Below, one piece after another: positions 1 through 9,312 of a stretch of 64,000 bases of DNA. Every line of letters starts with the position of its first letter. Within the stretch, counting starts at the first letter, position 1. The stretch comes from Cenarchaeum sp. (lineage in GTDB: Archaea; Thermoproteota; Nitrososphaeria; Nitrososphaerales; Nitrosopumilaceae), in the NCBI GenBank assembly GCA_965242695.1, contig CBDESU010000002.1, positions 992,001 through 1,056,000 on the forward strand, in the 5' to 3' direction. The position numbers were made by a program, and so were the translations under genes. A model generated the notes under the pieces. That model was not told the DNA's origin. It did no database searches and saw only the letters and a list, made by a program, of their open reading frames with translations.

Positions 1-1
1 G

Positions 2-679
2 CTGTACGAGGCCGTGTTCTCCGAGTTCTACAACGCGACAAAGGCGGCGCACCCCGGGGTCGCCGTCGGTAACGCGTTCTCGCTCAACAACGCCATCGAC
101 AAGGACCTCGTCGACACGGTGCGCCGCCTGTCGGTCGGCGACTTTGCGGCGTTCACGTACCGCCCGACCGATCCGCTCAACGAGATCAACCGCACGCCCG
201 AGCAGGCCCGCGCGGACCTCGACCGCATGCGCGGGATGGTCCCGAACGGGACGGCCGTGGCCCTGCTCGAGGCCGGATGGGCCACGTCCGAGGCCGTCGC
301 CGGCTCGGAGTCCGACCAGGCCGCGTTCGCCGACATACTGTACGGGTACTATGCCGACAACGCCGACGCGGTCCAGTTCGTCACGTGGTACCGCCTGTAC
401 GACAGGCCGGCCGGCTCGTGCGCGATCGACGAGGAGGATTTGGACGAGTCGATGGAGTCGGGACTTGCCGACAGCAGGTTCGTATTAGAGCGGCTCGGCG
501 AGTACGTGTGCAGCGCGGGGCTGCTCGGCGCGGACGGGGCGGAAAAGCCGGCATGGGAGCGCGTGTCCGCGCTCGTGCACTCGTCGGGGGCGGGAGCGGG
601 CGCCAGCGGCGCGCCGGCCGCGGCCGACAGGACGATCGATGCGCCCGCGCCGGCGGGCCCTGGATCGGCGGCGCTGTAG
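2..679 (+). CDS. Hypothetical protein, possible glycoside-hydrolase-like TIM barrel; 5' truncated by window edge
   Basis: Frame is open from base 2 with coding-like composition; LLEAGWATS and FVTWYRLYD segments resemble GH TIM-barrel strands. Confidence 0.6.
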   Translation: MYEAVFSEFYNATKAAHPGVAVGNAFSLNNAIDKDLVDTVRRLSVGDFAAFTYRPTDPLNEINRTPEQARADLDRMRGMVPNGTAVALLEAGWATSEAVAGSESDQAAFADILYGYYADNADAVQFVTWYRLYDRPAGSCAIDEEDLDESMESGLADSRFVLERLGEYVCSAGLLGADGAEKPAWERVSALVHSSGAGAGASGAPAAADRTIDAPAPAGPGSAAL

Positions 680-682
680 GCC

Positions 683-1438
683 ATGCTGTCGCTGATACTC
701 GCAGAGTCGGCCGTCGAGATCATACCAGAGTCGATTCGGGATCATCCGGCCGTGGTTTCGTCGTCGCGCAGGTTCGGGCGCAGCCCAGCCTCGACCCTGC
801 TCGATGTTTCGTGGCACCATGCCGCAATGGGGCGGCTTGGAGCTGATCGCCGCCGGCGCGGCCGGCCCGACATTGCGCACTCTGCGCTGCTCGCCGCGAC
901 GGGCACGCCTCTGTACGCGGCTGGCCGGCTCGCCGTGTACGTGCACACGGTGCGCGACGTTGCGATACGGGTCGGGCCGGGAACGCGCCTGCCAAAGTCG
1001 CAGCTGCGGTTCGCCGGTCTGGTCGGCGGCGTCCTTGCGGGAAGGGGCGCTGGCGCCGCATCCGCGGACGGGGAGGACGGGCGGCCGCTGCTCGAGGCCA
1101 GGCCGATGGAACTCGAGCAGCTCGTCGGCGAGATCGGCCCCGCCCTGACCGTGGGCATGTCGCGCAGCGGCGAGCCGGGCACGCTCGAGGGGGTGGCAGC
1201 GCAGCTGGCCGGAGCGGAGGGAGGGGAGGCGGCCGGCAAGGGCGGGGGAGGAGGGCCCGCGGGCGCCTGCCTGCTCGTCGGCGGATTCCAGCGCGGCGGG
1301 TTTTCCAGGCGAACGGCCTCCCTGCTCGACAGGACCGTCAGCGTGGGGACTGCCGGCCTCGAGGCGCACGTGGTCGTCTCGCGCGTACTCTACGAGTACG
1401 AAAAGGCGCTCGGTTCGGGGCCGGGCGCCGGGGAATGA
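683..1438 (+). CDS. nep1: Nep1/Emg1 16S rRNA pseudouridine methyltransferase (SPOUT)
   Basis: LILAESAVE, LLDVSWHH, RGRPDIAH, VYVHT, RLPK and VGGFQRG motifs. Confidence 0.9.
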   Translation: MLSLILAESAVEIIPESIRDHPAVVSSSRRFGRSPASTLLDVSWHHAAMGRLGADRRRRGRPDIAHSALLAATGTPLYAAGRLAVYVHTVRDVAIRVGPGTRLPKSQLRFAGLVGGVLAGRGAGAASADGEDGRPLLEARPMELEQLVGEIGPALTVGMSRSGEPGTLEGVAAQLAGAEGGEAAGKGGGGGPAGACLLVGGFQRGGFSRRTASLLDRTVSVGTAGLEAHVVVSRVLYEYEKALGSGPGAGE

Positions 1439-1551
1439 CGGCGCCGGCGCCTCCGACGCCGGCGGAGGCAGGGGATCCCGCCTAGGCATGCGCACGCGCG
1501 GGCCGGCCCTTCGATGACCGTTTTTATGGTGTCCTCCTCCATGCCCGCTAG

Positions 1552-1628
1552 GCGGTCATAGTATAGTATGGTTAGTATACTGGCTTTCCAAGCCAGTCAC
1601 CCGGGTTCAAATCCCGGTGACCGCACCA
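1552..1628 (+). tRNA. tRNA-Gly(TCC), CCA encoded
   Basis: GCGGTCA/TGACCGC acceptor stem, CTGGC-TT-TCC-AA-GCCAG anticodon arm, GGTTCAAATCC T-loop, ends ACCA. Confidence 0.97.
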
Positions 1629-1835
1629 ACCATCTTGCTCCTGCGGGGCGGGCGCGAGGCCTCCTCCAGCCGAGCGGCCGGCCGGCCGGCGGGCGTTTGC
1701 CTCGCCCATGCCGAGTGTCCGCAGCCCTCCTGCACCGCCGCGGCGCAGCCTTGGGCGCCGCCGGCCGCACGCCCGCACGCCGGCTATGCCGCCCCCACCG
1801 CGCCCGCGCCCGCCGCCGCGGCCCCCCGCTAGATG

Positions 1836-1843
1836 GTTTATAA
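1836..1843 (+). promoter_or_regulatory. Archaeal TATA box upstream of rps19e (leaderless-type spacing)
   Basis: TTTATAA in a GC-rich context about 25 bp before GTG at 1866; the same spacing recurs before many genes (e.g. 4971, 10311, 26321, 43510). Confidence 0.6.
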
Positions 1844-1865
1844 TGACCGGGGCCGCGGCCCCGGC

Positions 1866-2318
1866 GTGGCAAGGGTTCCCGACGCGCCGCCCGATGCGCT
1901 GATCGCGCGGCTTGCCGACACGCTGCGCGGCGAGGGCATACCGGCCCCGGCCTGGACGCCGTTCGTAAAGACCGGCGTGCACGCGGACAAGCCGCCCCAG
2001 GACAGGCAGTGGTGGCACACCCGGTGCGCATCGCTGCTGCGCAAGATCTACGTGCACGGCCCCATCGGGATCAGCGGCCTGCGCGACGAGTACGGCGGGG
2101 GCAAGCCGCGCGGCTACGGCGCGGCGCACCACCGGCCGGCCGGCGGGGCCATCATTCGGGCGGCCGTCCACGGGCTGGAAAAGCTTGGGTACGTCGAAAA
2201 GTCGGGCCGGAAGGGCCGGATCGTCACTAGCGAGGGGGCGCGCAAGCTGGACCGCATGGCCACCGAGATCGTCAAGGAGATGGCCGCGGACAACCCGAGG
2301 CTCAAGATATACGCGTGA
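1866..2318 (+). CDS. rps19e: 30S ribosomal protein S19e
   Basis: PAWTPFVKTGVH, WWHTRCASLLRKIY, GPIGI and LEKLGYV motifs; GTG start at 1866. Confidence 0.96.
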   Translation: MARVPDAPPDALIARLADTLRGEGIPAPAWTPFVKTGVHADKPPQDRQWWHTRCASLLRKIYVHGPIGISGLRDEYGGGKPRGYGAAHHRPAGGAIIRAAVHGLEKLGYVEKSGRKGRIVTSEGARKLDRMATEIVKEMAADNPRLKIYA

Positions 2319-2324
2319 TCTGCG

Positions 2325-2657
2325 ATGAGCGGCGCAGACCTGGGGCCACGCGACCCAGCCGGATACGCGGCGGGAGGCGACCCGGGGATGGGCGGGGGCG
2401 CCGCGCCGCCCTTGGACGCCAACGAGATCGCGATGCAGAGGGAGACCGTGCTGCGGCAGATACTCGACCCCGCGGCCAGGCTGCGCCTGAACAACGTGCG
2501 CATGGTCCGGCCCGAGGTGGCCGCCTCGCTCGAGAACCAGCTGATAACGCTCGCCGCGCAGGGGCGCCTTGGCGCGCAGATCACCGACGACCAGCTGAAG
2601 CAGATGCTAATGTCCATGAGGCAGCCCAAGCGCGACTTCAAGTTCAGCCGCAGGTAG
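2325..2657 (+). CDS. PDCD5/TFAR19-family DNA-binding protein
   Basis: LRQILDPAARLRLNNVRMVRPE, ENQLI and ITDDQLKQML motifs; usual position after rps19e. Confidence 0.92.
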   Translation: MSGADLGPRDPAGYAAGGDPGMGGGAAPPLDANEIAMQRETVLRQILDPAARLRLNNVRMVRPEVAASLENQLITLAAQGRLGAQITDDQLKQMLMSMRQPKRDFKFSRR

Positions 2658-2727
2658 GATACGGGGCGCGGCGCCTACCGAACAATGCATGGACACCTTC
2701 AAGTAGTATGGGGGCAACCCCGTGGCA

Positions 2728-2922
2728 ATGAGGGCAAAGAGCGCAGAGGCGGAGCCGCCGCATCCCCTGGGCATCGCGGCCCGGTCGTTCCATAGGCGGC
2801 GGCATGCGGCAGGGGGCGGGGGCGCCGGGGGCCCGCACGGCGCAGAGGCGCATGCCTTTTGCCCGGAAAACCGGCGCGGCGGCATCCGGACGGCGCGATC
2901 CCCGCGCCCTGCGAGGCCATGA
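2728..2922 (+). CDS. Small ORF coupled to the downstream gene (paralog of 45549-45764)
   Basis: ATGA overlap with 2919; start region GGCAATGAGGGCAAAGAGCGCA resembles GGCAATGACGGCGAAAGGCGCA at 45545. Confidence 0.35.
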   Translation: MRAKSAEAEPPHPLGIAARSFHRRRHAAGGGGAGGPHGAEAHAFCPENRRGGIRTARSPRPARP

Positions 2923-3701
2923 ACCTCCTCGCGTTCGGCATTATTGCCGCCATGCCCCTCCTGACCGTGCTCGCCCTCAACTTTGAGGCGATGCACGGCT
3001 ACTACGCGTACTCGCTGCCGGTAGCCGGGTCGACGATGGATGTCTACATACCGTACTACATGATGGCGCTTAGGGAAGACTTCAACTACAACGTCCACTT
3101 TTTCTTCTCGGGGGGCCTGGATGTAAGTCACTGGCCCATGTCTGAGGTGGATGCCGTGAGGTCGTTTACCATCAGCAACATCACGATGATCGACAGCGAG
3201 ACGATAAAGGTCGATTTTGCAGACAACGACTATACCATAACGCGCTCGAAGACCGGCCAGTCGTTCAAGCCCGTGCCCGAATTCTCGCACACCGAGACGA
3301 TCAGGGTCAACCAGACGTTCGTCGTGACGTGCATCAACCTCCCGGCGTCCTGGCTGCGCGAGGAAGAGGCCGACAACTCCACGGGCCTGGCCATCTTTCA
3401 GTACAGGGGACTCGAACTGCACAACGTGACCGAGGTACGCCAGTTTCTGCCCGCCGCCGGCCACGACTCACCAGAGGGGGAGTCTGCCGCGCCCGGAGGC
3501 CCAACCTACACGGAAAGCCGGATAACGCTGGATCCGCCCAAAGAGCTGCTCACGCACAAGTTCCTGTTCATGTCGGGAGGCACGAACGGCAGGATAGAGT
3601 GCGACTTTCCCCAGATCATCGAGCATACGATCGACTCGAAGAGGATCGGGCCCGACTACATCCGGGACGTCGGCAGCGAGCTGTACGAATGGTACAGGTA
3701 G
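2919..3701 (+). CDS. Hypothetical secreted/membrane-anchored protein (paralog of 45761-46546)
   Basis: N-terminal hydrophobic helix; shares HG.YAYS.PVA, ETI..DFADN.Y, FSH.ETIRVNQTFV, YQYRG/FQYRG, HKFL and DSKR.GP with the paralog. Confidence 0.8.
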   Translation: MNLLAFGIIAAMPLLTVLALNFEAMHGYYAYSLPVAGSTMDVYIPYYMMALREDFNYNVHFFFSGGLDVSHWPMSEVDAVRSFTISNITMIDSETIKVDFADNDYTITRSKTGQSFKPVPEFSHTETIRVNQTFVVTCINLPASWLREEEADNSTGLAIFQYRGLELHNVTEVRQFLPAAGHDSPEGESAAPGGPTYTESRITLDPPKELLTHKFLFMSGGTNGRIECDFPQIIEHTIDSKRIGPDYIRDVGSELYEWYR

Positions 3702-3785
3702 CGGGCGGACGGCGGGGCGTGGTGGGCGAGCCTCGCGTGGCCTGGCATACATCCGGGACGGGCCGGCGGGGCGATTCGTGCCGCC

Positions 3786-4622
3786 CTATCCTGCACCGGG
3801 ACGCGCCCGCCCTCCCGTTCCGCATGCCTGTTCAACTCGCCTTGCGATGCCCTTGACGTACCCCGGCATGCGGCCGGCCGGGACCACCTCGCAGTTTTTG
3901 TCCTTGAGGTGCCCCGCCGCCTGTTCGTACATCTCCCGCCCCTTTGGGTCACCGTCGTCGGGGGGTGGATCCACGATGGCCGCGCACTCTAGATCGGCCG
4001 TCTTGGACGCCGCATCCTCGTAGTCTACGGCCAGCACCTTGGCATCCTCTAGCGCCCGCCCTGGTTGCGCCGCAAACAAGAGCGCATGCAGGGCGACGGC
4101 GCCGCTCCCAACGCGGAAGGCGCGATCCGGCTTGAAGACGCCCCTCAAGCCGGCAAACTCAGGCCACAATATTGCCGCCTCTTCGCCCATACCGCTCCGC
4201 GCCGCCTCGGCGTCGATTTCCCAGAGCGGCCGCGTCTTTGCCGCAGCGCTGTCCGGCGCCAGTTCATCATCGGCGGGCTCGGCCACATAGATGTCATACA
4301 CCATGCGCAGGGCATCCTTCTGCGTGGGGGCAGTGACCGCGCGCGGCGACGTAAACCGTAGCGAGTATGTGTGCATGTCTGCCAAGCGAGCCAAGTCGTC
4401 GACGCCACCAGGCATGTCGCCGACTTGGATGGACCCTACGATATCCTCTATGTCCCGTAGATTCGCCCCGGGACATCTCGGCTTCAGGCCCCGCAGGTCG
4501 TCCATAAACCGGTGTGCCGTCTTGCCCGTGTCCGGGTCGACCACGATGATGCCGATGCTGACCGCCTCGTTCTTTATCATATCGGGAACGAATCAGGACA
4601 CGGTGTAGCTGTACGTGCCCAT
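3786..4622 (-). pseudogene. DUF3037-domain protein with an in-frame TGA at codon 10
   Basis: Reads MGTYSYTVS*FVPDMIKNEAVSIGIIV, matching the DUF3037 N-terminus (YS..RYVPD..R.E.VNIG); TGA at 4595-4593; LRFTSPRAV motif later. Confidence 0.7.
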
Positions 4623-4970
4623 TATGCGCCATCCCCGTTGTCCGCCGCCGGCGCCGCCCGCCCGGCGGGGATCGGCCCGCCGCCGGCGCCGCCCGCCCGG
4701 ACCGAGCGCCCGCCCGCCGCCGCACCTAGCCCCATGCGGCGCGGCCCAATGGCGGCCATAACTATGTAGCGCCTCGAACGGTGGAGCTGCCCTCCTGCAC
4801 GGCCCCGGGAGGAGCCGGGCGGCACGGGGGGGGGGGGGTGCGGGAGCCGAGGGGCGGGATCGCGGCTCCTCCGCCGCCGCCTCGGCCCCCCGCCGCCGCG
4901 CGCGGCAGGCGTGATCCCTCCACGCCTAAAGCCCGACGATTATAAGGGGCCGCCGGCGGGCGCCGCCCGT

Positions 4971-6059
4971 ATGAAGGCCGTCGTGTACGACGAGTACGCC
5001 CCCGACGACGACTACAAGCGCATCCTGCACGTGCGGGACATTGACGACCCCAAGCCAAAGGCCGACGAGGTCGTCTTCACCGTAAAGGCAGCCGCCCTCA
5101 ACTACAACGACATCTGGGGCATGAGGGGGCAGCCGGTGGCCGTCCCGCTCCCGCACGTGTCCGGCTCGGACGCGGCCGGCGACGTGATCGCCGTCGGCGA
5201 GGACGTGCGCGACATAAAGGTCGGCGACAGGGTCGTGTCGCACTCTAACATGGCGTGCCGCGTGTGCACGGCATGCACCGACGGCCGCGAGTTCGACTGC
5301 ACGAGGAGGACGATATGGGGCTTCCAGACCGGCCCGACATGGGGCGCGTACTCTGAGATTACGCACCTCCCAGAGGTCAACGTCTCAAAGGTGCCAGAGG
5401 GCGTCTCTTACGAAGAGGCCGCGGCCGCATCCATGACCATATTGACGGCCTGGCACATGCTCGTCGGCAGGGCGCGCATACGCCCCGGCCAGACCGTCCT
5501 GATCATGGGGGGCGGCTCGGGCGTGGGCAGCTTTGGCATACAGATCGCAAAGCTGTACAACTGCGACGTCATCGCGACGGCGAGCCCCGACAAGCTCGAC
5601 AAGTGCCTCGAGCTCGGCGCCGACTATGCCGTCGACCACCGCAAGGACGACTGGCACAAGGAGGTGCGCTCGATATCAAAGGGGATTGCAAAGAAAAAGG
5701 GCGAGGCGCCGGGCATCGACATCTCGTTCGACCACATCGGCGAGACGCACTGGAACAAGCAGCTGACGCTGCTAAAGTACGGCGCGACGCTCGTCTCGTG
5801 CGGGGCCACGACGGGATACGATGCAAAGACAGACCTGCGCCACATATTCTTCAAGGGGACCAACATACTCGGCTCTACGCAGGGGACAAAGGCCGAGCTC
5901 GACGAGGGCCTGTACTGGATGGGCCAGGGCAAGATAAAGTCGGCGATCGACTCTAGGTACACGTTCGAGCAGGCCGCCGAGGCGCACACCAAGATGCTCA
6001 CGGGCAAGGGCCTGTTCGGAAAGATCATCATGACGCCCGACGGCCAGGCCGCATCCTAG
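4971..6059 (+). CDS. Zinc-binding alcohol dehydrogenase / MDR family (candidate acryloyl-CoA reductase of the HP/HB cycle)
   Basis: AAALNYND, PHVSGSDAAG, CRVCTAC...C Zn site, GGGSGVG, GATTG; the specific role is inference. Confidence 0.88.
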   Translation: MKAVVYDEYAPDDDYKRILHVRDIDDPKPKADEVVFTVKAAALNYNDIWGMRGQPVAVPLPHVSGSDAAGDVIAVGEDVRDIKVGDRVVSHSNMACRVCTACTDGREFDCTRRTIWGFQTGPTWGAYSEITHLPEVNVSKVPEGVSYEEAAAASMTILTAWHMLVGRARIRPGQTVLIMGGGSGVGSFGIQIAKLYNCDVIATASPDKLDKCLELGADYAVDHRKDDWHKEVRSISKGIAKKKGEAPGIDISFDHIGETHWNKQLTLLKYGATLVSCGATTGYDAKTDLRHIFFKGTNILGSTQGTKAELDEGLYWMGQGKIKSAIDSRYTFEQAAEAHTKMLTGKGLFGKIIMTPDGQAAS

Positions 6060-6083
6060 GCCGCCCCATCGGCGGTAGCGGCG

Positions 6084-7001
6084 ATGGCAGCCCCGACCCT
6101 CTTCCGCTCCTTGGCGTTCGTGCCGGGCAACAACGCAAGGTTCCTGGAAAAGGCGCGCGCGCTGGGTGCCGATGTGGTCTGCCTCGACCTCGAGGACTCG
6201 GTTCCGCACCAGGAAAAGGCGGCGGCCCGGCGCATGGTCGCCGGCGCGGCGCGCGGCATGGCAGCGGAGGGGGCCGCCGCCGCGCGGTCGGTCTTTGTCA
6301 GGACAAACTCGCCGGCGTCAGGGATGATGGGTGACGACCTGGACGGAGCCCTTGTGGAGGGGATCGACGGGATTGTACTGCCAAAGGTCGACGATGCGGG
6401 GCAGGCCGCCGCGGCGGCGGCAGAGGCGGCCCGGACGGCGGCGGCCCGCGGCCTGCCCGAGCCCCTCGTGATTCCGTCGATCGAGTCGGCCGCCGGGGTG
6501 GTCAACTGCAATGCGATCGCGTCGGCCTCGCCGCGCGTGTGCGCCGTCGTCTTTGGCGTGTTCGACCTGCTCAACGACATGGGCATCGAGTACGGCAGGC
6601 CGCCGCCGGCCGCGGCGGCGCACGCGCGGGCGAGGATCGCGCTAGACTCGGCCGCGGCCGGCGTGCCCGCCATCGACGCCGTATGGCAGGACGTCTCGGA
6701 TATGGAGGGGCTTGCCGCCGACTGCCGCGAGGCGCGCGGCCTCGGGTACGCCGGCAAGAGCATCATACACCCGTCGCAGATAGCCGTCGCGCACGGGGCG
6801 TTCGCCCCGACGGCTGCCGAGGTCGAGCGGGCCAAGCGGACGCTTGTTGCGTACGAAGAGTCCGCGGGGCGCGGCCGTGGCGCGACCGTCCTCGCGGGCG
6901 GCAGCAGCAGGGAGATGATCGACGAGGTGCACTACAAGAGGGCCCTTGCCCTGCTCGAGGCGGCCGGCGAGCCCGTCGGCGGAGCGGCCGGGGATCGGTA
7001 G
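6084..7001 (+). CDS. CitE/HpcH-family CoA ester lyase (citrate lyase beta-like)
   Basis: RSLAFVPGN, DLEDSV, VRTN, LPKV, IESAAG, GKSIIHPSQI and MIDEVH motifs. Confidence 0.9.
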   Translation: MAAPTLFRSLAFVPGNNARFLEKARALGADVVCLDLEDSVPHQEKAAARRMVAGAARGMAAEGAAAARSVFVRTNSPASGMMGDDLDGALVEGIDGIVLPKVDDAGQAAAAAAEAARTAAARGLPEPLVIPSIESAAGVVNCNAIASASPRVCAVVFGVFDLLNDMGIEYGRPPPAAAAHARARIALDSAAAGVPAIDAVWQDVSDMEGLAADCREARGLGYAGKSIIHPSQIAVAHGAFAPTAAEVERAKRTLVAYEESAGRGRGATVLAGGSSREMIDEVHYKRALALLEAAGEPVGGAAGDR

Positions 7002-7061
7002 GCGCGGCAGGCCGCTGTGCCCGGGGCAACCGCTTTAGCCCGGCGGGTGCGGTGCCGCGGC

Positions 7062-7844
7062 ATGGGGAACGGAGGGGGGCGCGGCGGAGGCGGCCCCTCT
7101 GATCCGGTCGGCGACCTGCGGCGGCTCTTCGAGGCAGGCCGCTACGGCGATGCCGCCGAGTACTGCGAGACGATCCTGGCAAGGGATCCGGCCGACCTGA
7201 CTGCCCTGCACAACGCGGCGACTGCGCTCGTCCGCCTCGGCCGGCATGCCGATGCGCTCGCAAAGTGCGATGTTGTGCTCGCCGCCGATGCGTCCGATGC
7301 GCACGCGCTGCGCAACCGCGTGCTGGCGCTAGAGGGCCTCGGCCGGCATGCGGACGCGGCCGAGTCGTGCCGCGCCCTGCTCGCCCTGCCGGCCGGCTCC
7401 GTCCGGGACGGCATCGGGGGCGGGCGCGATGTCTGGTCGCACAACAGCCTCGGCCTCGCGCTGGCCCGCATGGGCCGCGATGCAGAGGCCGTGGAGTGCT
7501 TTGACGGCGCGCTTGACGTGGACCCGCGCAGCGTGACGGCCCTCATGAACAAGGCCCTCTCGTCGGAGCGGCTGGGTCGGGCCGAGGAGGCCGCCGCACT
7601 GTACGACATGGCCGCCGCCGCCGACCCGTCCGTCGCGCCGGACGCCTCGCGGGCCCGCGCGGCCGCGTACGCGAGGCTCGGCAGGGGCGACGAGTCGTTC
7701 CTGGCAGCGCAGGGCGTGCCAGACGCGGACATGCCGCGCATCATGCGCGATGCGGCCCGCAACGGGTGCACCGTCTTCCACCAGTTCTGCCAGGACGAGT
7801 ACGAGCGGATCGGGGACGGCCTGGGCGGGGCGGACGGCCGCTGA
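7062..7844 (+). CDS. Tetratricopeptide repeat protein
   Basis: Repeated helical TPR patterns (ALHNAATALVRLGR, SHNSLGLALARMGRDAEAVECFD, ALMNKA). Confidence 0.85.
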   Translation: MGNGGGRGGGGPSDPVGDLRRLFEAGRYGDAAEYCETILARDPADLTALHNAATALVRLGRHADALAKCDVVLAADASDAHALRNRVLALEGLGRHADAAESCRALLALPAGSVRDGIGGGRDVWSHNSLGLALARMGRDAEAVECFDGALDVDPRSVTALMNKALSSERLGRAEEAAALYDMAAAADPSVAPDASRARAAAYARLGRGDESFLAAQGVPDADMPRIMRDAARNGCTVFHQFCQDEYERIGDGLGGADGR

Positions 7845-7859
7845 GGTGCGCCGTCCATG

Positions 7860-9233
7860 CTACCTCGTCACCGTCACGACGCTCTCGCGCAGCGGCATGT
7901 GGTGCCTCTGCGGGTTGCTCTTCCACTTGTCGCCGCGGGCGCGCAGCACCTCGATCTCGTACGAGGAAAAGCCGAGGTCGACGGCCAGGCGTCCGATCAG
8001 CTCGTCAGTCCTGACGTGCACTCCGTACGGCGCCGAGTCGCCGAGTACGAGGACGAACCTCCTGCCGCGGTCTAGCGTGTCGCGCACCTGCCCTACCACG
8101 GCGGCAATGTCCTCAAAGTACCCCGCCACCATCAGGTCGTACATCTTCCTGCCCGACCCGCCGGAGCGGATCGCGCCGAGCCTCCCGACTATACCGGACA
8201 GCTCGGCGTGCACCGCATTCGACACCTCCCTGACGGCCGGCATCGCGATCCTCTCCCCGTAGTCGCGCACGCGCACCTGCGTGGTCGCCGCCGTCATGAG
8301 GGCGTCGCGCACCCCCCTGGTGATCTCGCCCCAGCTCGAGTAGACGCCGAGAAAGAACGTCTCTAGGCGCGTCCTGTCCGCGTAGTCGTAGTTGTTCAGG
8401 TACGGCGGCGACGTGACGACCAGGTCTATGCGGTCCGGGCCGGCGTGCCGCGCAAACTGCCTTGCGTCGCCGTTGACGATCCTGTGGCTGGTGCGCCGGC
8501 CCGCCCGCGCCCCTCCGGCGTGGTCGTCGAGCGTGCGGGCGCCGGGCTCCGCCGCCCCTCCCGCGCCGCACCACGCCTCGAACTCGCGCAGGTCGCCGAG
8601 CATCATATTGCACTGCGCCCCGAACGCGTCGAGCGCGTCGCGCTCGGCCGCCTTTGATCCGCGCTTCGAGGGCGCTATGTACGGCCATCCCGTGCCGGCC
8701 TTGGCGGCGCGGCGCAGGGTCGCAACGAGTGCGAGCTTTAGGAAGTCGCGCGTGTGGCCGTCGCCGACCGCGCCTACGCGCTCGCGCAGCAGGTACAGCA
8801 GGCGCAGGTTTGCCGGCCCGTAGCACTTGTAGATCAGCTCGGGCCAGACGCCGCCGACGTCCAGGCCGGCGGCCGCCCCCCTTGCGCCGTCCACTACGCG
8901 GTTGTACTCGCGCCGTATGTCCGACTCGTCGTACCCGTCGTACACCTTTGTGCTTGCGACCCACCACACGAGCGGGTGCGCCTCTGTGCCGACCGAGTCG
9001 ATCCCGTACTGCCTGGCGGCCAGGCTCGTCGTGCCGGATCCTACGAACGGGTCGGCGACCACCGCGGGCGAGCCGGCCTCCAGCCCCGCGTCGCGAATCT
9101 TCGACTCGACGAGCCGGTAAGAGTAGCCGGCGGGGTACTCGAACCACCTGTGGACGGGGGCCGCCCTGCCGTCCTTGAACGACCCGTAGTCCTCCTGCAC
9201 GGCGCCGGCGCGCCGCCGCGGATATTTCCGCAT
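7860..9233 (-). CDS. Site-specific DNA methyltransferase, probably N4-cytosine (motif I before motif IV)
   Basis: VHRWFEYPAGYS, DPFVGSGTT (SAM binding), VTSPPY (catalytic), LRESVV; start may extend to TTG at 9263. Confidence 0.88.
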   Translation of the reverse strand: MRKYPRRRAGAVQEDYGSFKDGRAAPVHRWFEYPAGYSYRLVESKIRDAGLEAGSPAVVADPFVGSGTTSLAARQYGIDSVGTEAHPLVWWVASTKVYDGYDESDIRREYNRVVDGARGAAAGLDVGGVWPELIYKCYGPANLRLLYLLRERVGAVGDGHTRDFLKLALVATLRRAAKAGTGWPYIAPSKRGSKAAERDALDAFGAQCNMMLGDLREFEAWCGAGGAAEPGARTLDDHAGGARAGRRTSHRIVNGDARQFARHAGPDRIDLVVTSPPYLNNYDYADRTRLETFFLGVYSSWGEITRGVRDALMTAATTQVRVRDYGERIAMPAVREVSNAVHAELSGIVGRLGAIRSGGSGRKMYDLMVAGYFEDIAAVVGQVRDTLDRGRRFVLVLGDSAPYGVHVRTDELIGRLAVDLGFSSYEIEVLRARGDKWKSNPQRHHMPLRESVVTVTR

Positions 9234-9312
9234 TGCGGGGAGGCGCCGGCGCGCCGCCTCCAACGCCCAGAGGCCGCCGCGCCAATATACGGGCTGTTCC
9301 GGCCCCGCCGGC

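Noticed and set aside
4593-4595. In-frame TGA as selenocysteine or programmed readthrough
   Set aside because: The position corresponds to Arg, not Cys; TGA is used as a normal stop throughout the window; a CGA to TGA mutation is the simpler explanation
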